64,000 nucleotides of DNA from an uncultured Clostridia bacterium (GCA_944381205.1 CALWKG010000004.1:28868-92867), one strand, 5' to 3'; shown: positions 39,307-51,120, numbered from the stretch's first letter. The notes: generated from the sequence alone by a model not told the origin. Translations and numbers: made by a program.

Positions 39307-40605
39307 TTGAAATATTTTGGCACAGACGGTATACGTGGGGAAGTTACAAAAGATATTACTCATAATTTGGCTTTTGATTGCGGAAATGCTTTGTGTGCTA
39401 TAAAAAAAACTCCTAAAATTGTCATTGGCAAAGATAGTCGCCTAAGCAAAGATTATTTGTCGCTGGCATTTTCGCTAGGGGTAATCTATGGCGGTGGCAG
39501 TGTAGATGACGTGGGTGTTTGTACTAGTGGCGGGGTGGCTTACCTTGCCAAAGACTATGACTATGGGGTAATGATTAGTGCTTCTCACAATCCACCTAAC
39601 CATAATGGCATCAAAATCTTTTTGCCCAGTAGCGAAAAGTTTGGAGAAGAAAACGAAGAAATTTTAGAAAGTATTTTAGGTAAGCATATTGTTGGAAATC
39701 CGTTTGGGCAATACAAGCAAATGGGAAAACTCGCCTACGAAAAATTTTTAGAAAATTCGCCAAGTTTAGACGGATTAAAAATCGTTTTGGACTGTTGCTA
39801 CGGGGCTAGTTGTAAAATTGCTCCAAAGGTTTTTAAAAATTTGGGCGCCACTATAAAGGTTATAAACAAACATTTTAACGGCAACAAAATTAACGTTAAT
39901 TGCGGGGCAACTAATGTTTTGGGGCTAAAAGAAAATGTCCTAAATTTCGGGGCAGACTTAGGGCTTGCCTTTGATGGTGATGGGGATAGAGTAATCGCCG
40001 TTGACGAACTGGGAAACATTGTAGACGGGGATAAAATTTTGTACGTTTTAGCAAAGGATTTGAAAATTCAAAATAGACTAGAAAACAACTTAGTTGTTGG
40101 CACAATACTAACAAACCGTGGCATAAGCAGTAGTCTAGATAAAGACGATATAACTTTAATAGAAGCAAACGTCGGGGACAAATACGTTTATAAAAAAATG
40201 AAAGATTTAGGGGCGAGCATCGGCGGAGAAAAGGCGGGGCATATTATTTTAAAAGATAAACTCAAAACAGGCGATGGTATCTTAACAGGGTTGGCGCTTG
40301 CAGGTGTGATAAAAAAAAGTAAGTTAAAGTTGTCGCAACTATCAGACGTAGAACTTTTTTGTCAGTGCGAAGCAAATATAAAAACAGATAAAAAAAATGA
40401 AATTCTAGCAAATAAACAGTTGTGTGATTTTGTAGAAGATTTAAAGAAATCCAATTCTCAAACTAAAATCATATTGCGAAAGTCTGGTACCGAAAACCTA
40501 ATTCGCGTTATGGTAGAAGATAAAGACAAATTAAGTGCGCAAAAGATAGCAAATTTGATAAGTGAAAAAATAAAAAAATTATTAGGTGGTATATGTGCGG
40601 AATAG
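39307..40605 (+). CDS. glmM: Phosphoglucosamine mutase
   Basis: KYFGTDGIRG and the active-site SASHNPPNHNGIK. TTG start abuts the previous stop. Confidence 0.93.
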   Translation: MKYFGTDGIRGEVTKDITHNLAFDCGNALCAIKKTPKIVIGKDSRLSKDYLSLAFSLGVIYGGGSVDDVGVCTSGGVAYLAKDYDYGVMISASHNPPNHNGIKIFLPSSEKFGEENEEILESILGKHIVGNPFGQYKQMGKLAYEKFLENSPSLDGLKIVLDCCYGASCKIAPKVFKNLGATIKVINKHFNGNKINVNCGATNVLGLKENVLNFGADLGLAFDGDGDRVIAVDELGNIVDGDKILYVLAKDLKIQNRLENNLVVGTILTNRGISSSLDKDDITLIEANVGDKYVYKKMKDLGASIGGEKAGHIILKDKLKTGDGILTGLALAGVIKKSKLKLSQLSDVELFCQCEANIKTDKKNEILANKQLCDFVEDLKKSNSQTKIILRKSGTENLIRVMVEDKDKLSAQKIANLISEKIKKLLGGICAE

Positions 40606-42356
40606 TTGGCATAATCACTAAAAAACAAGTCCCGATTTGTTCGTCGCTTGTGCAAAAGTTAAAGTTGCTAGAATATCGCGGATACGATTCGTCAGGTTTG
40701 GCTTTTTTAAATAAAAAAAACATAAAAGTGTGTAAGTCAAAGGGAGAAATAAAAAATTTAGAGCAAAAAATTTCTGCCAAAGATATGGGTAATATTGGCA
40801 TAGCACATACTAGGTGGGCTACACACGGCAAGCCAAGTGTTTTAAATGCTCACCCGTTTTTAAGCGATGACAAAAATTGGGCTATTGTTCATAACGGAAT
40901 TGTAGAAAACTATTTGGAACTTAAATCTAGTTTGGCAAACGTTAATTTTTGCTCGCAAACGGATAGCGAAGTCATAGCGAAGTTGTTGCAAACAAACGCA
41001 CCACACATTTTAGCGCTTATAGACGTTTGCAATAAGATAAAGGGGTCGTTTGCCATAGTTGCAATTAATAAGTTGGATAATAATACACTATTTGTTGCTA
41101 AGAGAAAAAGTCCCATTTATGTAATGCAATCTAGTGACGAAGTTATTGTCGCTAGCGATACCATTTGCTTTGAAAACACAGGCAAGGACTATTATACTTT
41201 ACTCGATGACGAGTTTTGCGAAGTGTCACTAGATAAAATAATCTTTTATGATAAAACAGGTAAAGTTATCAAAAAGTCAAAAACTTTACTAAAAAAATCA
41301 CAAAATAAATTTTCAAAAGACAACTTGCCACACTTTATGTTAAAGGAAATTTTAGAAGAAAAGGTTGCCATAAAAAATATAATTGATTATTGCCAAAATA
41401 ACGGATTAAAAAAAATAAACAAATCCTTAGTGCGCAAGATAAAGCAAATAATTTTTATCGGCTGTGGCAGTGCGTACCATGCGGGTTTAATAGGGGCAAA
41501 ATTAATTGAAAGATATGCTAAAATTCCATCAACTTGCCACATTGCCAGCGAGTTTAGGTACGCAGAAACAGACATAAAACCGGGGACAGTTTTTGTTTTT
41601 ATTAGCCAAAGCGGAGAAACCGCCGATACTCTGGCAAATTTAGAATTGGCAAAAGGCTTTATCACAATAGGGGTAACAAACAATATGCACAGTACTTTGT
41701 CTAGGGCAGTTAGTATTTGCCTAGACATTATGGCGGGTAAGGAAATTGCCGTGGCTTCTACTAAGGCATATTTAGCACAGGTGCTAATGCTTTATGTCTT
41801 ATCTAGACATTTGCAAAACTTAAAATTTAATACAAAGGTAGATTATTTATCTCACGTTTTAGATTTATTAAATGTTTTTGAAGATATAGACTTTAAAAAA
41901 TTGGACGACATTGCCAAATTTGTGGCAAACAAAAGCGAAGTTATTTTTATAGGCAGAGATTTAGATTATTATTTAGCGCTAGAAGCAAGTTTAAAATTAA
42001 AGGAAGTTAGTTATATCCCGTCTTTTGCAGTGCCTAGCGGGGAGTTAAAGCACGGGTATTTAGCGCAAGTGGATAATCGCACCTGCGTTGTAGGCATAAC
42101 TACACAAAAAAACCTGCACTCAAAGACTTTGTCAAATGTTAGCGAAGCCCATTCTCGCGGGGGTAACATAGTGGTTTGTTCGCCCTTTGATATAGAGCAA
42201 AAATATCTCAAAATTGATGTCCCAAACATAGACAATGACCTAATTTGCCTTTTAGTTGCTCAAAGGTTGCAATATTTGGCATATAGGGTTAGTGTAATTA
42301 AGGGCTTTAACCCCGACAAACCTAGAAATTTGGCAAAAAGCGTCACCGTAGAATAA
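40593..42356 (+). CDS. glmS: Glutamine--fructose-6-phosphate aminotransferase
   Basis: MCGIVG Ntn start, two SIS domains, C-terminal KSVTVE. Overlaps glmM by 13 nt. Confidence 0.95.
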   Translation: MCGIVGIITKKQVPICSSLVQKLKLLEYRGYDSSGLAFLNKKNIKVCKSKGEIKNLEQKISAKDMGNIGIAHTRWATHGKPSVLNAHPFLSDDKNWAIVHNGIVENYLELKSSLANVNFCSQTDSEVIAKLLQTNAPHILALIDVCNKIKGSFAIVAINKLDNNTLFVAKRKSPIYVMQSSDEVIVASDTICFENTGKDYYTLLDDEFCEVSLDKIIFYDKTGKVIKKSKTLLKKSQNKFSKDNLPHFMLKEILEEKVAIKNIIDYCQNNGLKKINKSLVRKIKQIIFIGCGSAYHAGLIGAKLIERYAKIPSTCHIASEFRYAETDIKPGTVFVFISQSGETADTLANLELAKGFITIGVTNNMHSTLSRAVSICLDIMAGKEIAVASTKAYLAQVLMLYVLSRHLQNLKFNTKVDYLSHVLDLLNVFEDIDFKKLDDIAKFVANKSEVIFIGRDLDYYLALEASLKLKEVSYIPSFAVPSGELKHGYLAQVDNRTCVVGITTQKNLHSKTLSNVSEAHSRGGNIVVCSPFDIEQKYLKIDVPNIDNDLICLLVAQRLQYLAYRVSVIKGFNPDKPRNLAKSVTVE

Positions 42357-42403
42357 TTACATTTTAGTTTGTATTTATTTTAATTTTTTGCTATTATATT
42401 TAT

Positions 42404-43297
42404 ATGGAAAATTCAGATAAAACAAATGTGCAAATTTGCGATACTTGTTGCCTGTGCTATGGGGCAAAAAGAGCCTTAGAAGGTGCAATTAACGCAAAAA
42501 AGCAAGGTAAAAATGTGGTTTTGTTTAAGGAAATTTTGCATAACAAACGCGCGGTACAAACTTTAACCAGTTTGGGTATTTTGGTAAAGGATAATTTGAG
42601 CGAGTTTTCAACAAGCGACTATGTTATCTTGCGTGCCCACGGCGAAGGCAAGGATACATATAAGTATTTGCAAGAAAATAACATTTCCTATCTAGACCTT
42701 ACCTGTCCCAATGTTTTAAATATCAATAAGTTGGTAGAAAAAATGGATAATTTGGGCTATAAAATTATCCTTGTTGGTAAATATGGTTACAAAACCGGTA
42801 AAATGCACCCCGAAGTTTTGGGTACGTCTAAGTGGTGCAACAACCCTATTTTTATAGAAGATTTGGAAGAAGTTTTGTCTATCCCGCTAGATTATGATAA
42901 GTATTTTTTGGTAGTTCAAACAACCTTTAATCAAACTAAGGCTTTAAAGATAATAGACGGGGTAAAAAATAGACTAAAAGATAAGGTCTTTGAATACAAA
43001 AACACCACTTGTTCTGCCCAAAGGCTAATTAACGAAAAATCACAATTACTAGCCCAAAAGGTAGATAAAATGATAGTTGTGGGCGGTAAAAATTCCAGTA
43101 ATTCTAAGGAACTTTTTAACAATTTGCAAACCATAGTTACAACTTATTTTGCAGAAGATTTGTCAGAAGTAAAAGCCCTTGTAAAAGAAAATAAATTAGT
43201 CTGCGGGGATAAAATAGGGCTAACCGGCGGGGCTTCTACTTTAATAGACGAGTTGCAAGAAATCAAAGATTATCTTTTAGGGGCTTTATATGAATAA
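42404..43297 (+). CDS. ispH: 4-hydroxy-3-methylbut-2-enyl diphosphate reductase (IspH/LytB)
   Basis: Three cluster cysteines in the expected contexts (CYGAKRA, DLTCPNV, NTTCSAQ) and VVGGKNSSNS. Confidence 0.9.
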   Translation: MENSDKTNVQICDTCCLCYGAKRALEGAINAKKQGKNVVLFKEILHNKRAVQTLTSLGILVKDNLSEFSTSDYVILRAHGEGKDTYKYLQENNISYLDLTCPNVLNINKLVEKMDNLGYKIILVGKYGYKTGKMHPEVLGTSKWCNNPIFIEDLEEVLSIPLDYDKYFLVVQTTFNQTKALKIIDGVKNRLKDKVFEYKNTTCSAQRLINEKSQLLAQKVDKMIVVGGKNSSNSKELFNNLQTIVTTYFAEDLSEVKALVKENKLVCGDKIGLTGGASTLIDELQEIKDYLLGALYE

Positions 43298-44108
43298 CTA
43301 TCAGTTTGCGGTTGGCGAAAACGTAAAATTGTTTAAATTTTTAATAGAAAAAGGTTTAAAATATGGCGAAATTAAGCAAATTTTAAAGCAAAACAATATA
43401 AGGGTCAACAATAGCCGAGTAAAATCAAATGTTGATTTGATAGCGGGCGATAAGGTGGAAATTTTTTGTTTACGGAGTTTAAGTAACCATACACAAGATT
43501 TAAAATTTGTTTATCAGGATAAAAATTTGTGCGTTGTTGTAAAGCCCAAAGGAATTTTAACCACAGGTGATTACGGGTTAGAAGGGTTAACCGGTCTTTT
43601 GGCTGTTCATAGACTAGATAGAGATACCGAAGGGCTGGTAATTTTGGCAAAAAGTGATAATATAAAGCAGGCATTAAAGCAGATTTTTAAAGACGGGCTT
43701 ATAAAAAAATATTATATATGCGAGGTAGCGGGCAAAACAAATTTTAACGGACAAACATATACCGCGTATTTGTTTAAGGACGCAAAATTATCTAAGGTGT
43801 TTGTTTCCAGTAACAAAACACCCGGGGCAAAGCAAATAAAAACAAAATTTTTGACCGTACAAAATAATCCCCATTCTAGTATTGTAAAGTGCGAACTCAT
43901 TACCGGTCGCACACATCAAATACGAGCACATTTAAGATTTTTGGGATTTAGCATAATAGGTGACAAAAAGTATGGTAGCAATACCATAAATAAGCAGTTT
44001 AACGAAAACTCTCAAAGATTGGTGTGTTATAAGTTGAAATTTTTAAATTTAACAGAAGAATTGCAGTATTTAAGTAATAGGGAATTTGTGTATAATAAGG
44101 AGTTTTAA
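43290..44108 (+). CDS. RluA-family pseudouridine synthase with N-terminal S4-like domain
   Basis: HRLDRDTEGLVILAKS catalytic motif and GRTHQIRAHL. Confidence 0.85.
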   Translation: MNNYQFAVGENVKLFKFLIEKGLKYGEIKQILKQNNIRVNNSRVKSNVDLIAGDKVEIFCLRSLSNHTQDLKFVYQDKNLCVVVKPKGILTTGDYGLEGLTGLLAVHRLDRDTEGLVILAKSDNIKQALKQIFKDGLIKKYYICEVAGKTNFNGQTYTAYLFKDAKLSKVFVSSNKTPGAKQIKTKFLTVQNNPHSSIVKCELITGRTHQIRAHLRFLGFSIIGDKKYGSNTINKQFNENSQRLVCYKLKFLNLTEELQYLSNREFVYNKEF

Positions 44109-44110
44109 AA

Positions 44111-44269
44111 ATGGATAAACTAAAACTTTTAAAACTTGCACAGGAGCAAGATTGTGAAGCATACGATAACGAAGATTTGCAAAAACAGGACGATGATTTT
44201 AAACAAAAATATAACGATTTTTATAATGACATAAAGCAAAAAAACAAGTATATAAAAGAAGATTGGTAA
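44111..44269 (+). CDS. Possible small acidic protein (52 aa)
   Basis: Manual ORF MDKLKLLKLAQEQDCEAYDNEDLQKQDDDF...KEDW begins 3 nt after the previous stop and is followed by a terminator. No homology recognised. Confidence 0.3.
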   Translation: MDKLKLLKLAQEQDCEAYDNEDLQKQDDDFKQKYNDFYNDIKQKNKYIKEDW

Positions 44270-44278
44270 ATTTGTAGT

Positions 44279-44320
44279 AAAATAACTTTGTTAAAATAGC
44301 CAAAGTTATTTTTTATTTTT
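44279..44320 (+). terminator. Intrinsic terminator
   Basis: AATAACTTTG-N10-CAAAGTTATT followed by a T-run. Confidence 0.65.
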
Positions 44321-44388
44321 AATAAAACATTGAACAAATCTCATTTATTTGTTAAAATGTTTTTGTTTTAAATATTATGGGGGAAAAA

Positions 44389-45849
44389 ATGGCTTTTTGT
44401 AAATATTCTAGTTCGCTTATTAATTCAGAAACAATTATGATAGACGCAAAGTTTTTAAATGATTACTTGCCAACAGCCCCAAACGAGTGTATGAAGGTAT
44501 ATTTGTTTGGTTTATTAAAGTGCCAAAATAGCGCTTCCTGGGATAACACTATTGATAATTTTGAAAATGTTTTGGGTCTTTCAAAGCAAGATGTCATTAA
44601 TTGTTTTTTGTATTGGCAGGAGCAAAATCTAGTTCAGATTTTAGACAATAACGGCGAGTACGAAATTAGATATTTGCCTGTAAAGGACAACATAAAAACC
44701 CTTAAAAAGATAGAAAGTAAAAAGTATGCCAGTTTTATCCAAGAGTTGCAGGATATCATTACCGGCAGGCAAATTACACCTAACGAGTTTTATAAATATA
44801 TTGATTTTGTGGAAACATACAAAGTTAATCCTTGCGACTTTAATATGATTGTTAAGTTTTGTGTAGAAAAAAAAGGCAACAACATAAATAGTAACTACAT
44901 TTTAACCGTGGCAAAAACTTGGGCAGAAGAAGGTGTCCGCACGGCAGAAAAGATAGAACAACGCATAGAAGATTTAACCCTTGCTACCAGCGATTTAAAC
45001 TCGGTTGCTAAGGCGTTAAAGTTTAAAGGAAATTTATCCATAGAACATCAGCAAATGTACGAAAAATGGGTCAAAACCTTTGGCTTTAACTTAAATAATA
45101 TTGTGCTAATTGCAAAAAAAGTTTCTAGCAAGACTAAAAATTATAGTTTTGAAATGCTAGATAAAAGGCTTACCAAATACTACGAGTTAAAATTGTTTAG
45201 TTTTGGTGAGATAGAACAATACGAAGCCAACAAGTCTAGCCTTATTTCTCTTGCAAAAGAGATTAATAAACTGCTGGGGGTTTATTACGAGTCTGTCGAT
45301 AACGAGATTGACACATACGTTGTGCCTTGGCAAAATAGGGGATTTAGCCCAGACACCTTAACTAGAATTGCCAGATACTGTTTTTCTAGCAACGTACGTA
45401 GTTTGTCCGGTATGGACGAGGTTGTGCAAAAGTTCTACAAACTAGGACTAACTTCTATTGTAAGCATTAACGAGTATTTGGGCGAAGTTTTGGAAGTCGA
45501 TAAAAAGATTAAAGACATCTTAACTAAACTTAACATAGATAGGCGGGTTAATACGTATGATAGGTCTTTTTATAGGACGTGGACGTATACTTATAAATTT
45601 GGTGACGACATAATAGATTACGCGCTAGAACTTGCTAAAAACAAGGTCAATTCTATGCAATATGCCAACGCAATTTTAAGCGATTGGCACGACAAAAAAT
45701 TAACAACTTTGGACGAAATTAAAAAGCAAAAAATAGACCTAACTCCACAAGAAAAACCTAAAATGAACACTACATCTTTTAGACAACGCGAGTTTACTGA
45801 CGAAGAACTCTCCGCACTGTTTGACAACCTTGACGAAATCGATTTGTAA
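44389..45849 (+). CDS. dnaB: Replication initiation/membrane attachment protein, Firmicute DnaB-type (DnaD-like domains)
   Basis: Two DnaD-C-like segments (ILTVAKTWAEEGVRTAEKIE; ANAILSDWHDKKLTTLDEIKK). Lies directly upstream of dnaI. The ORF track starts at 44377; I prefer ATG 44389 (GGGGG 6 nt upstream). Confidence 0.7.
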   Translation: MAFCKYSSSLINSETIMIDAKFLNDYLPTAPNECMKVYLFGLLKCQNSASWDNTIDNFENVLGLSKQDVINCFLYWQEQNLVQILDNNGEYEIRYLPVKDNIKTLKKIESKKYASFIQELQDIITGRQITPNEFYKYIDFVETYKVNPCDFNMIVKFCVEKKGNNINSNYILTVAKTWAEEGVRTAEKIEQRIEDLTLATSDLNSVAKALKFKGNLSIEHQQMYEKWVKTFGFNLNNIVLIAKKVSSKTKNYSFEMLDKRLTKYYELKLFSFGEIEQYEANKSSLISLAKEINKLLGVYYESVDNEIDTYVVPWQNRGFSPDTLTRIARYCFSSNVRSLSGMDEVVQKFYKLGLTSIVSINEYLGEVLEVDKKIKDILTKLNIDRRVNTYDRSFYRTWTYTYKFGDDIIDYALELAKNKVNSMQYANAILSDWHDKKLTTLDEIKKQKIDLTPQEKPKMNTTSFRQREFTDEELSALFDNLDEIDL

Positions 45850-45903
45850 ATATTTGATAAATATAATCTTAATGTTAAAAAATTTTTAAAAAGGAAGCAC
45901 CCT

Positions 45904-46839
45904 ATGAACGTAAAACAAAAAGTTTTAAGGCAAATACAGGACTTAAAGACCAATGCCGAAAGTGTCGCACAGCAAAATTTAGACAGGGCACTTAGCGATA
46001 AGGAATTTAAACAAGCATACCTAAAAATAAAGTCGCTAAACTATGATATTGCAAAGTTGGAATTTTTTAATAAACCTAGCAACCAAAAACGTCTAGCGCT
46101 AAAAAAGGTTCAAAGTTTTGCCAGCCTTATATTAAAAAGATTAGGGTTAAGTTTTGACGATTTTAAGCCAAAATACAACTGCAAATATTGTAACGACACT
46201 GGCTTTGTAAACGGCAAATATTGTAAGTGTTACTATGACAAACTTAACACAATTATTTTGAACAATATTAACGTAGATATAGATAAAACTCACACCTTTA
46301 AAAACTGCGATTTTAGTATTTTTGATAATCCAGAAAAAATAAAAAACGATTACAAAAAAATACAAAATTGGGTAGAAGATATAGAAAATTCTAAGTATAA
46401 AAATTTGCTTATTAGCGGTCAAACAGGGGTAGGAAAAACTTATTTGGTAGAATGTATCTGTAATACCCTTTTACAAAAGGGTAAATCCATTAGTTTTTTT
46501 ACCGCCTTTGCTCTCAATAATATGTTTTTAAAGTACCATACCACTTTTGACGACAACAAGGGTGCGATTTTGGATAGCATTATAGATTGTGACTTTTTAA
46601 TTGTAGATGACCTTGGCAGTGAACCTATTTTTAAAAAGGTTAACGAAGATTATCTCTATCTTGTACTAAACGAAAGACTTTTAAGGCACAAAACAACCAT
46701 TGTCACCACCAATCTAACTTTAAGGGGTATACTAGATAGATATGGGGATAGGACTTTTAGCCGAATTTGCAACAAGGCAAATACCATTACTATTAATATT
46801 GAAAATGATGATTTAAGGCTAAGGAGAAATAAAAATTAG
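45904..46839 (+). CDS. dnaI: Primosomal helicase loader DnaI (DnaC/IstB-like AAA+)
   Basis: N-terminal zinc motif CKYCNDTGF..CKC, Walker A GQTGVGKTY, Walker B LIVDDLGSE. Confidence 0.8.
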   Translation: MNVKQKVLRQIQDLKTNAESVAQQNLDRALSDKEFKQAYLKIKSLNYDIAKLEFFNKPSNQKRLALKKVQSFASLILKRLGLSFDDFKPKYNCKYCNDTGFVNGKYCKCYYDKLNTIILNNINVDIDKTHTFKNCDFSIFDNPEKIKNDYKKIQNWVEDIENSKYKNLLISGQTGVGKTYLVECICNTLLQKGKSISFFTAFALNNMFLKYHTTFDDNKGAILDSIIDCDFLIVDDLGSEPIFKKVNEDYLYLVLNERLLRHKTTIVTTNLTLRGILDRYGDRTFSRICNKANTITINIENDDLRLRRNKN

Positions 46840-46989
46840 CATATTACATATAATAATAAAATGTTACACGATAATTTTTAGTTATATTTTGCTCAAATTT
46901 AAAAATACGTGTGATTATGATTTAGATTGCTATTTTTTTAAGTTTTTTAACTAAATAGTTTGCAAAATTAAACAAATCTTGCAATTTTG

Positions 46990-47019
46990 TTGACAAATAA
47001 CCAATTTTTTGGCTACAAT
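46990..47019 (+). promoter_or_regulatory. Probable sigma-A promoter (TTGACA-18 nt-TACAAT)
   Basis: Hexamers at 46990-46995 and 47014-47019, upstream of the TM2-domain gene. Confidence 0.45.
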
Positions 47020-47072
47020 AAAATATTATAAAGGTAATTTTTTTAGTTTTGTAAAAAAGGAAGGTTTAATTA

Positions 47073-47495
47073 ATGAAAATTATAAAAGTAACAGACGACG
47101 AAGTCCTAATTGGTATTAGCGAGCAGGACGTCGTAAAAATCCCAAAGTCAAGCATTGATTTTGAAGCCAAAGTCGGTATGGAAGTAGAAAGGTATACTTC
47201 AAACGGAGAAACATTTTTTGTTCCAAAGCAAAGCATTATTACCCCGTCCGACACAGCACAAAATGCCGATAATGTCGCACAAGAGGGCAGGAAGGTAAAT
47301 AAAATTTTGTATATTTTAATGGCTTTTTTCTTCGGCGGTATAGGTGTTCACAAGTTTTTAATAGGTCGTGTGGGAACGGGTATTTTGTTTATAATTTTTT
47401 CGTGGACGGGAATTCCCTCTATAATTGCATTTGTAGATTTTATAATAGGCTGTTGCAAACAACCGGATAAAAATGGGGATATTTATTTTGCCTAA
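47073..47495 (+). CDS. TM2 domain-containing membrane protein
   Basis: FFFGGIGVHKFLIGRVGTGILFIIFSWTGIPSIIAFVDFI matches the TM2 domain pattern. Confidence 0.8.
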   Translation: MKIIKVTDDEVLIGISEQDVVKIPKSSIDFEAKVGMEVERYTSNGETFFVPKQSIITPSDTAQNADNVAQEGRKVNKILYILMAFFFGGIGVHKFLIGRVGTGILFIIFSWTGIPSIIAFVDFIIGCCKQPDKNGDIYFA

Positions 47496-47767
47496 AACAC
47501 TTTAATTTTGTTTTAAGATAAAAGACAATGCTTTAAAATTTTTTATCAAAGCGACTTTAACTTATAAATTTAACATACAAAAAAACATCTATAAAACGTT
47601 TTAAGCAAAATTAACAAAAATGGCTTTTAATACTAAAAATCAAAATAAAAAATATTTTAAAAACATTTTAGGCTTTTAAAACATATCAAAAAAGTGTATA
47701 TAAAAATAAATAGACCTAAAAGATATATTCATACAAAAAGGAAAATATAAAAATAATTTAAGACAAT

Positions 47768-47809
47768 AAAAAAAAGGAACTTTACAAAAACGGTTAAGTT
47801 CCTTTTTTT
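47768..47809 (-). terminator. Intrinsic (bidirectional) terminator
   Basis: GGAACTT-N13-AAGTTCC flanked by A-runs and T-runs, 2 nt from the stop of the 47811 gene. Confidence 0.65.
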
Positions 47810-47810
47810 G

Positions 47811-48161
47811 TTATCTTTCCAACTCTTTGGTTGATTGCAAGTTCTTACTCATCGCACAAACATCATTTTTACTCATTTTGATTTGTTCATTATAAAGCCC
47901 CACAATTTCGCCGGTTTTATCGTCGTTTATAGTGTGATAAATTTGTGGATTAAGGCTAAACATCTGGTTAAAAGTCGCTCCCTGTATATTTTCCGCTTCC
48001 GTCAAATATTTTTTGGCATTGTAAAGAGTCATTGCCGAGGTGTCAAAGTTCATTTTGGCACGTTTTTCGTTGTGTTTAAACAAGTTAAATCTTAATTTGT
48101 AAAAGCCTTTTATTTTGGTAGGTATGTAGCCTACATTTGATATGTAAACTCGCTCACTCAT
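47811..48161 (-). CDS. Hypothetical protein
   Basis: The ORF track starts at TTG 48182; I prefer ATG 48161 (GAGGGG RBS). No family recognised. Confidence 0.5.
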   Translation of the reverse strand: MSERVYISNVGYIPTKIKGFYKLRFNLFKHNEKRAKMNFDTSAMTLYNAKKYLTEAENIQGATFNQMFSLNPQIYHTINDDKTGEIVGLYNEQIKMSKNDVCAMSKNLQSTKELER

Positions 48162-48291
48162 AAATCCCCTCACATTATTCAATTATAGTTTACTAAAAAT
48201 TTTAAAAAAATCAAAGAAAATACATAAAATTTTACTAAGTTTTGTGTTGTTTTAACAAAAAAAAGGCATTTTTTTATAAAAATATTTTAGT

Positions 48292-48300
48292 TTATCCACA
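48292..48300 (+). promoter_or_regulatory. Isolated perfect DnaA box TTATCCACA
   Basis: Exact 9-mer in the intergenic region upstream of the collagen-like gene. Confidence 0.3.
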
Positions 48301-48480
48301 AATTCTTATTATTTTGTGAAAATCTAGCCCGTTTGTTTTGTCAATTTATTAGATTGTATAAAAAAATAAAGGGCACCATATAGTAAAAAAGAATTAAAAA
48401 TTAATGGCAAATAAACTTTATTTTAGGTAAAAGTTAGCAACATTGACAAAGACTTTTTTGTAATTTAACATAAATTTTTA

Positions 48481-49696
<1,216 letters not shown>

Positions 49697-49716
49697 TATC
49701 TAAAAATTGCTAAAAA

Positions 49717-49750
49717 AGGGAACAGTGCTTTAAGCATTGCTCCTTTTTTA
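49717..49750. terminator. Bidirectional intrinsic terminator between the collagen-like gene and tsaC
   Basis: GGGAACAGTGC-TTTAA-GCATTGCTCC flanked by A6 and T6 runs. Confidence 0.65.
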
Positions 49751-49861
49751 TGGCTAAAAATCTTTAAATTGTTCTTGTGTTCAAAAAAGGTTAATTTTAA
49801 TACATACAAATAAATAGGACATATTTGTAAATTTTTATTACAGTTTTATAAGTGTACAATT

Positions 49862-50881
49862 TTATAATTTTATAATTTTAAATCCAGAGGCTCGTATTAA
49901 TCTGTTGTATACTGCAAGCCCAACCCCTGTTTTTTTAGGACATCTAGCATAGACCTTTTTTGCGTTTAAATCGTCTAATTTACGCAAACTATTAAATAAA
50001 TAATGCGCCTGTGATTTGTCGTCTTTTATGCTACCATAACTTATTGCGGGTATGGGCATAAGGGGAAGTTCTTCAATAAAGCAAAGTGCGAAAGTATTTG
50101 GAGTGTAGTTGTTTTTTACGTATTCTATAAATTTGTCAATGTCACCGTCCAAAATAGTCACTTCTGCCTTTGGAGAGTAGTGTTTGTACTTCATACCCGG
50201 AGACAAAACTTTTTCGTCAACTTTTATTTCTTGTGACACTCCGCGTGCAATTTGGACTTCCTTGTTAAGAACTTTCTCCATATCTTCTTTGGTAATAATC
50301 CCCGGTCTTAGTATGACAGGACTATCCCCTAAAACAGATACAACAGTGCTTTCTACCCCCGCATCACATTCACCCCCGTCTATAATTAGCGGAATTTTAC
50401 CCTGCATATCTTGGTATACACTTTGGGCATTTGTAGGGCTTGGTAAACCGCTTATGTTCGCGCTCGGGGCGGAAAAGGGAGTATTTGATTTTTCTATAAT
50501 TTCACGTGCAATTTTGTTTGATGGAATTCTAACCCCCACACTGTCTAACCCCGCACAACTTTGCGCACAAACCCCTTTTCCCCTTGGCAAAATTATGGTA
50601 AGTGGACCCGGCCAAAATGCTTCTGCTAGTTTTTTTGCATCTTCCGGAACACTCTTTGCCACCATTTTTAGCATTTTCATATTGGATATGTGGCAAATAA
50701 GGGGATTGTCCATTGGGCGCCCCTTGGCTTCAAAAATCTTTTTTATTGCCTGCGGGTTAGAACTATCTCCTGCTAGCCCGTAAACCGTTTCAGTAGGCAC
50801 TCCTACAACTTCTCCTTGCTTAATAAGTTTGACGGCAAGGTTAATTGCTTCTTTGGTTGGTTTTAATAATTGAGTATCCAT
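49862..50881 (-). CDS. tsaC: L-threonylcarbamoyladenylate synthase (TsaC/Sua5, long form)
   Basis: VGVPTETVYGLAGD, SAPSANISG, and a C-terminal Sua5 domain. Confidence 0.9.
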   Translation of the reverse strand: MDTQLLKPTKEAINLAVKLIKQGEVVGVPTETVYGLAGDSSNPQAIKKIFEAKGRPMDNPLICHISNMKMLKMVAKSVPEDAKKLAEAFWPGPLTIILPRGKGVCAQSCAGLDSVGVRIPSNKIAREIIEKSNTPFSAPSANISGLPSPTNAQSVYQDMQGKIPLIIDGGECDAGVESTVVSVLGDSPVILRPGIITKEDMEKVLNKEVQIARGVSQEIKVDEKVLSPGMKYKHYSPKAEVTILDGDIDKFIEYVKNNYTPNTFALCFIEELPLMPIPAISYGSIKDDKSQAHYLFNSLRKLDDLNAKKVYARCPKKTGVGLAVYNRLIRASGFKIIKL

Positions 50882-51120
50882 AAATATAATCCTTTGTAAA
50901 TATGCTAAGTAAAAACCTTTTGTAAATTTTTATATAAATGACTTATAAAATTTTATTTAATTATTTTTTGCTTTTAGCAGTTGCAAAAAATATTGTAAAA
51001 AAATGTATGCTTTTAAAGTCTTAATAAAATTTGAGTCAAATTTACAAAATGTGTTTTTTGTCACAAAAAGTAGCGACATACACTAACCATATTTTATCAC
51101 AAAAGAGCCTAAAATGTTTA

